Positions 56,603 through 58,428 of a stretch of DNA of 58,428 bases are shown one piece after another (the stretch's first letter is position 1; every line of letters begins with the position of its first letter). The translations under genes and the position numbers were made by a program. This DNA is from an uncultured virus (IMG/VR IMGVR_UViG_3300048065_001102) (lineage: Duplodnaviria; Heunggongvirae; Uroviricota; Caudoviricetes): the IMG/VR virus record IMGVR_UViG_3300048065_001102; one strand, given 5' to 3'. Under the pieces are notes generated by a model. That model was not told where the DNA came from. It ran no database searches and saw only the letters and a list, made by a program, of their open reading frames with translations.

Positions 56603-57871
56603 TTATTTCTTTTCATACACAAACAATGACTCATAATTTCCAAGAACAAGTTTTTTTGGACTTCTTTTTGTTTTCATTTGCGTAAGTTTTATTTTATATA
56701 ATTTAGATTTACCAAAAATTTCATCCGCAATTTTTGGCATATCATTTGATAGCATATAATTGTAACCATAATAATCTGCATAATCTTTTACAACAAATCC
56801 TATTTTAGCATTATCTGCCATTACATCACGGCATAATTCTAATGTAGGTTTCCAATATTTTTTCAACCAATCAGTATATGTTTCGTAATTATTTACACTT
56901 TGCTCAGAACCCTCGTATATTTCAAATTTAAAGCACGGTGGACCGAATAACACAGCATCAAAATGTTCTTTATACTTAGAAGAAAAATCATCCTCTTCGT
57001 TGAGTTTTTCACTTGGACAATTATACAATTTTACTAACTTATTTCCGTAATCCAAAAATGGATTTTTTAACGATTCATAATAGTCATGAAGTTTGTTTCC
57101 ATTTTCAACTACATTATCAATAACATCGGATGAAACAAATTCTTCAAAGTTAGTTTGATAATATGCCAACTGATAACTATTCCATCCCATTGTAGGTGCG
57201 AATAAACTTTTGCCCTCAAACACGGTGTTTAAAATACTCGAATAAGTATTTGGATTAAATATGCTTGGTTTGGAAATGGTAGACATAACAGAACTCCAAA
57301 CTGATGTCATATTTTTATCTAAAAAGAAATTGAAACTAGCAGGACCCACAAAACTATTGCGAAGTAAATGCCATTTGAATAAGCATTTCAAAATGCTTTG
57401 GCAATCTTGAAAATCGTTTTTGTGCAATCTTTTGGTAGAATATAATGATTTATAGTTTATATTTCTTAATATACGACTTGTATCTGAGTTAAGTGTGCCA
57501 TCGAATTGGTTTTTAATTTTACACGGCACTACTTGAAAATTCATCCCACTTTTTAAATTATCAATTTCAATATAATGTGAATACCAGTCATATAAAGTTT
57601 CTTCACGATTTTTGACAAACATATCATAACAACTTTCAATAAATTGATCTGTTACATAATAACGAAAATCTGCTTTGCCATATTTTAATATAAAATTTTT
57701 AACATTATACCGTGAAGCAGGTTTGGTAATATTATCCATATCCATTCTTGCATAATTGGTATATAACACCCCAAGTTGTTCTGAATATGTAGCAAAATCA
57801 ATCTTTGGTTCAAGTTCCAAAGAGTCCACAAAATCATCAAATGATACAATTAGTTCTCTTTCGTTTGACAT
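56603..57871 (-). CDS. Amino-DNA methyltransferase-like protein (degenerate motifs)
   Basis: Motif I-like LFAPTMGWNS, motif IV-like LFGPPCF.FEIY, QS...Y..Y..W...YW. Confidence 0.65.
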   Translation of the reverse strand: MSNERELIVSFDDFVDSLELEPKIDFATYSEQLGVLYTNYARMDMDNITKPASRYNVKNFILKYGKADFRYYVTDQFIESCYDMFVKNREETLYDWYSHYIEIDNLKSGMNFQVVPCKIKNQFDGTLNSDTSRILRNINYKSLYSTKRLHKNDFQDCQSILKCLFKWHLLRNSFVGPASFNFFLDKNMTSVWSSVMSTISKPSIFNPNTYSSILNTVFEGKSLFAPTMGWNSYQLAYYQTNFEEFVSSDVIDNVVENGNKLHDYYESLKNPFLDYGNKLVKLYNCPSEKLNEEDDFSSKYKEHFDAVLFGPPCFKFEIYEGSEQSVNNYETYTDWLKKYWKPTLELCRDVMADNAKIGFVVKDYADYYGYNYMLSNDMPKIADEIFGKSKLYKIKLTQMKTKRSPKKLVLGNYESLFVYEKK

Positions 57872-58080
57872 TTTTTATCTTCTTCAATTATTTTTTGAAA
57901 GCATTCGTTGTACAATTCTAATTGTTCAACTCGGTCTTGTAAATACCTTACATAAAGCAAGCACTTTTGCATTTCGTTTGCGAGATGATTTTCTTCACCC
58001 CAATCGTCTTTGTGCATTTTAACCCACTTCCGCAAAAAAGGGAGATCGGGTTTCATTTGTTGATCCAAATCCATTTTCAT
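57850..58080 (-). CDS. Hypothetical coiled-coil protein
   Basis: 76-aa ORF overlapping both neighbours; start uncertain. Confidence 0.5.
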   Translation of the reverse strand: MKMDLDQQMKPDLPFLRKWVKMHKDDWGEENHLANEMQKCLLYVRYLQDRVEQLELYNECFQKIIEEDKKCQTKEN

Positions 58081-58428
58081 ATTCTAATATTCTTTCTGCT
58101 ATTGACTTCATTACAGGTGGACAAACTGCATTTCCTATTTGAAGCATTTTACTTGTTTTTGTTCCGTATAACTTATAGTCACATGGAAATCCCATTAATT
58201 TAAGATGATCCTCAATGCTAAGATGTGTAAATCCCGTGAATCTAAATCTCTTGGGCATTTCTCGTCCATCGTACCACTTTAAAGGTATTCTACGCACCGT
58301 TGGAGACACTTTATCAAGTGGATATACCTTAGAGTTATACCCATCGAGAATACCACAACCTTCGGGTTCCACGACATCTGATATAACTCGTTTTGGTTCA
58401 GAGTTTTCGGTGGGTAATTTAAAATTGG
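58019..58428 (-). CDS. DNA (cytosine-5) methyltransferase, C-terminal part (truncated by window end)
   Basis: Motifs IX/X: LS..D...LMGFP.DY.L.G......QIGNAVCPP; frame is open to the window edge (NFKLPTENSEPKRVISDVVE). Confidence 0.85.
   Translation of the reverse strand, partial: NFKLPTENSEPKRVISDVVEPEGCGILDGYNSKVYPLDKVSPTVRRIPLKWYDGREMPKRFRFTGFTHLSIEDHLKLMGFPCDYKLYGTKTSKMLQIGNAVCPPVMKSIAERILEYENGFGSTNETRSPFFAEVG

Noticed and set aside
1..58428. Stop-codon reassignment (code 15 or 4) as in some jumbo phages
   Set aside because: Known enzymes are full length under code 11, coding density is high, and TAG and TGA both end genes at sensible positions (e.g. 22690, 6409).
1..58428. Bacterial chromosome or eukaryotic giant virus origin
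   Set aside because: Housekeeping genes are isolated from their usual operons and mixed with phage-type replication genes, which argues against a chromosome. The tmRNA, sigma70 promoters and ATGA-coupled operons argue against an NCLDV. Neither is formally excluded, since no capsid gene is in the window.

Overview
This is an AT-rich (roughly 30% GC by eye), gene-dense segment read in the standard genetic code, with almost all genes on the minus strand. The gene mix points to a large (jumbo-type) bacteriophage genome: gp62-like clamp-loader subunit, dNMP kinase, DnaQ exonuclease, SF2 helicase, HNH-like protein and DNA methyltransferases, interleaved with host-like genes (cca, clpC, ppa, ald, guaC, cysteine desulfurase-like, tmRNA). 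The ClpC sequence suggests a PVC (Verrucomicrobia-like) host. No capsid or terminase gene lies in the window, so the phage call is an inference. Four patterns stand out. (1) A family of modular, Pro-Thr-linked proteins shares a 'WYG.C...LECG..Y.I' domain (5 proteins, including a subtilisin) and a second Cys-containing module (3 genes); two proteins have dockerin-like N-termini. Together these suggest a cellulosome-like, virion-associated enzyme/adhesin assembly. (2) A shared N-terminal (I)KLxxLLxE peptide occurs on four unrelated proteins, including the CCA-adding enzyme, and resembles a capsid-targeting signal. (3) A TAYTTAT motif sits 4-5 nt before many start codons, suggesting leaderless late transcription alongside sigma70-type promoters. 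(4) A tmRNA with a long acidic 29-aa tag co-occurs with ClpC and a CCA enzyme. The window also carries about ten glycan-synthesis or modification genes, including a cytidylyltransferase-aldolase fusion. All family assignments come from recognising motifs by eye; no database searches were run.
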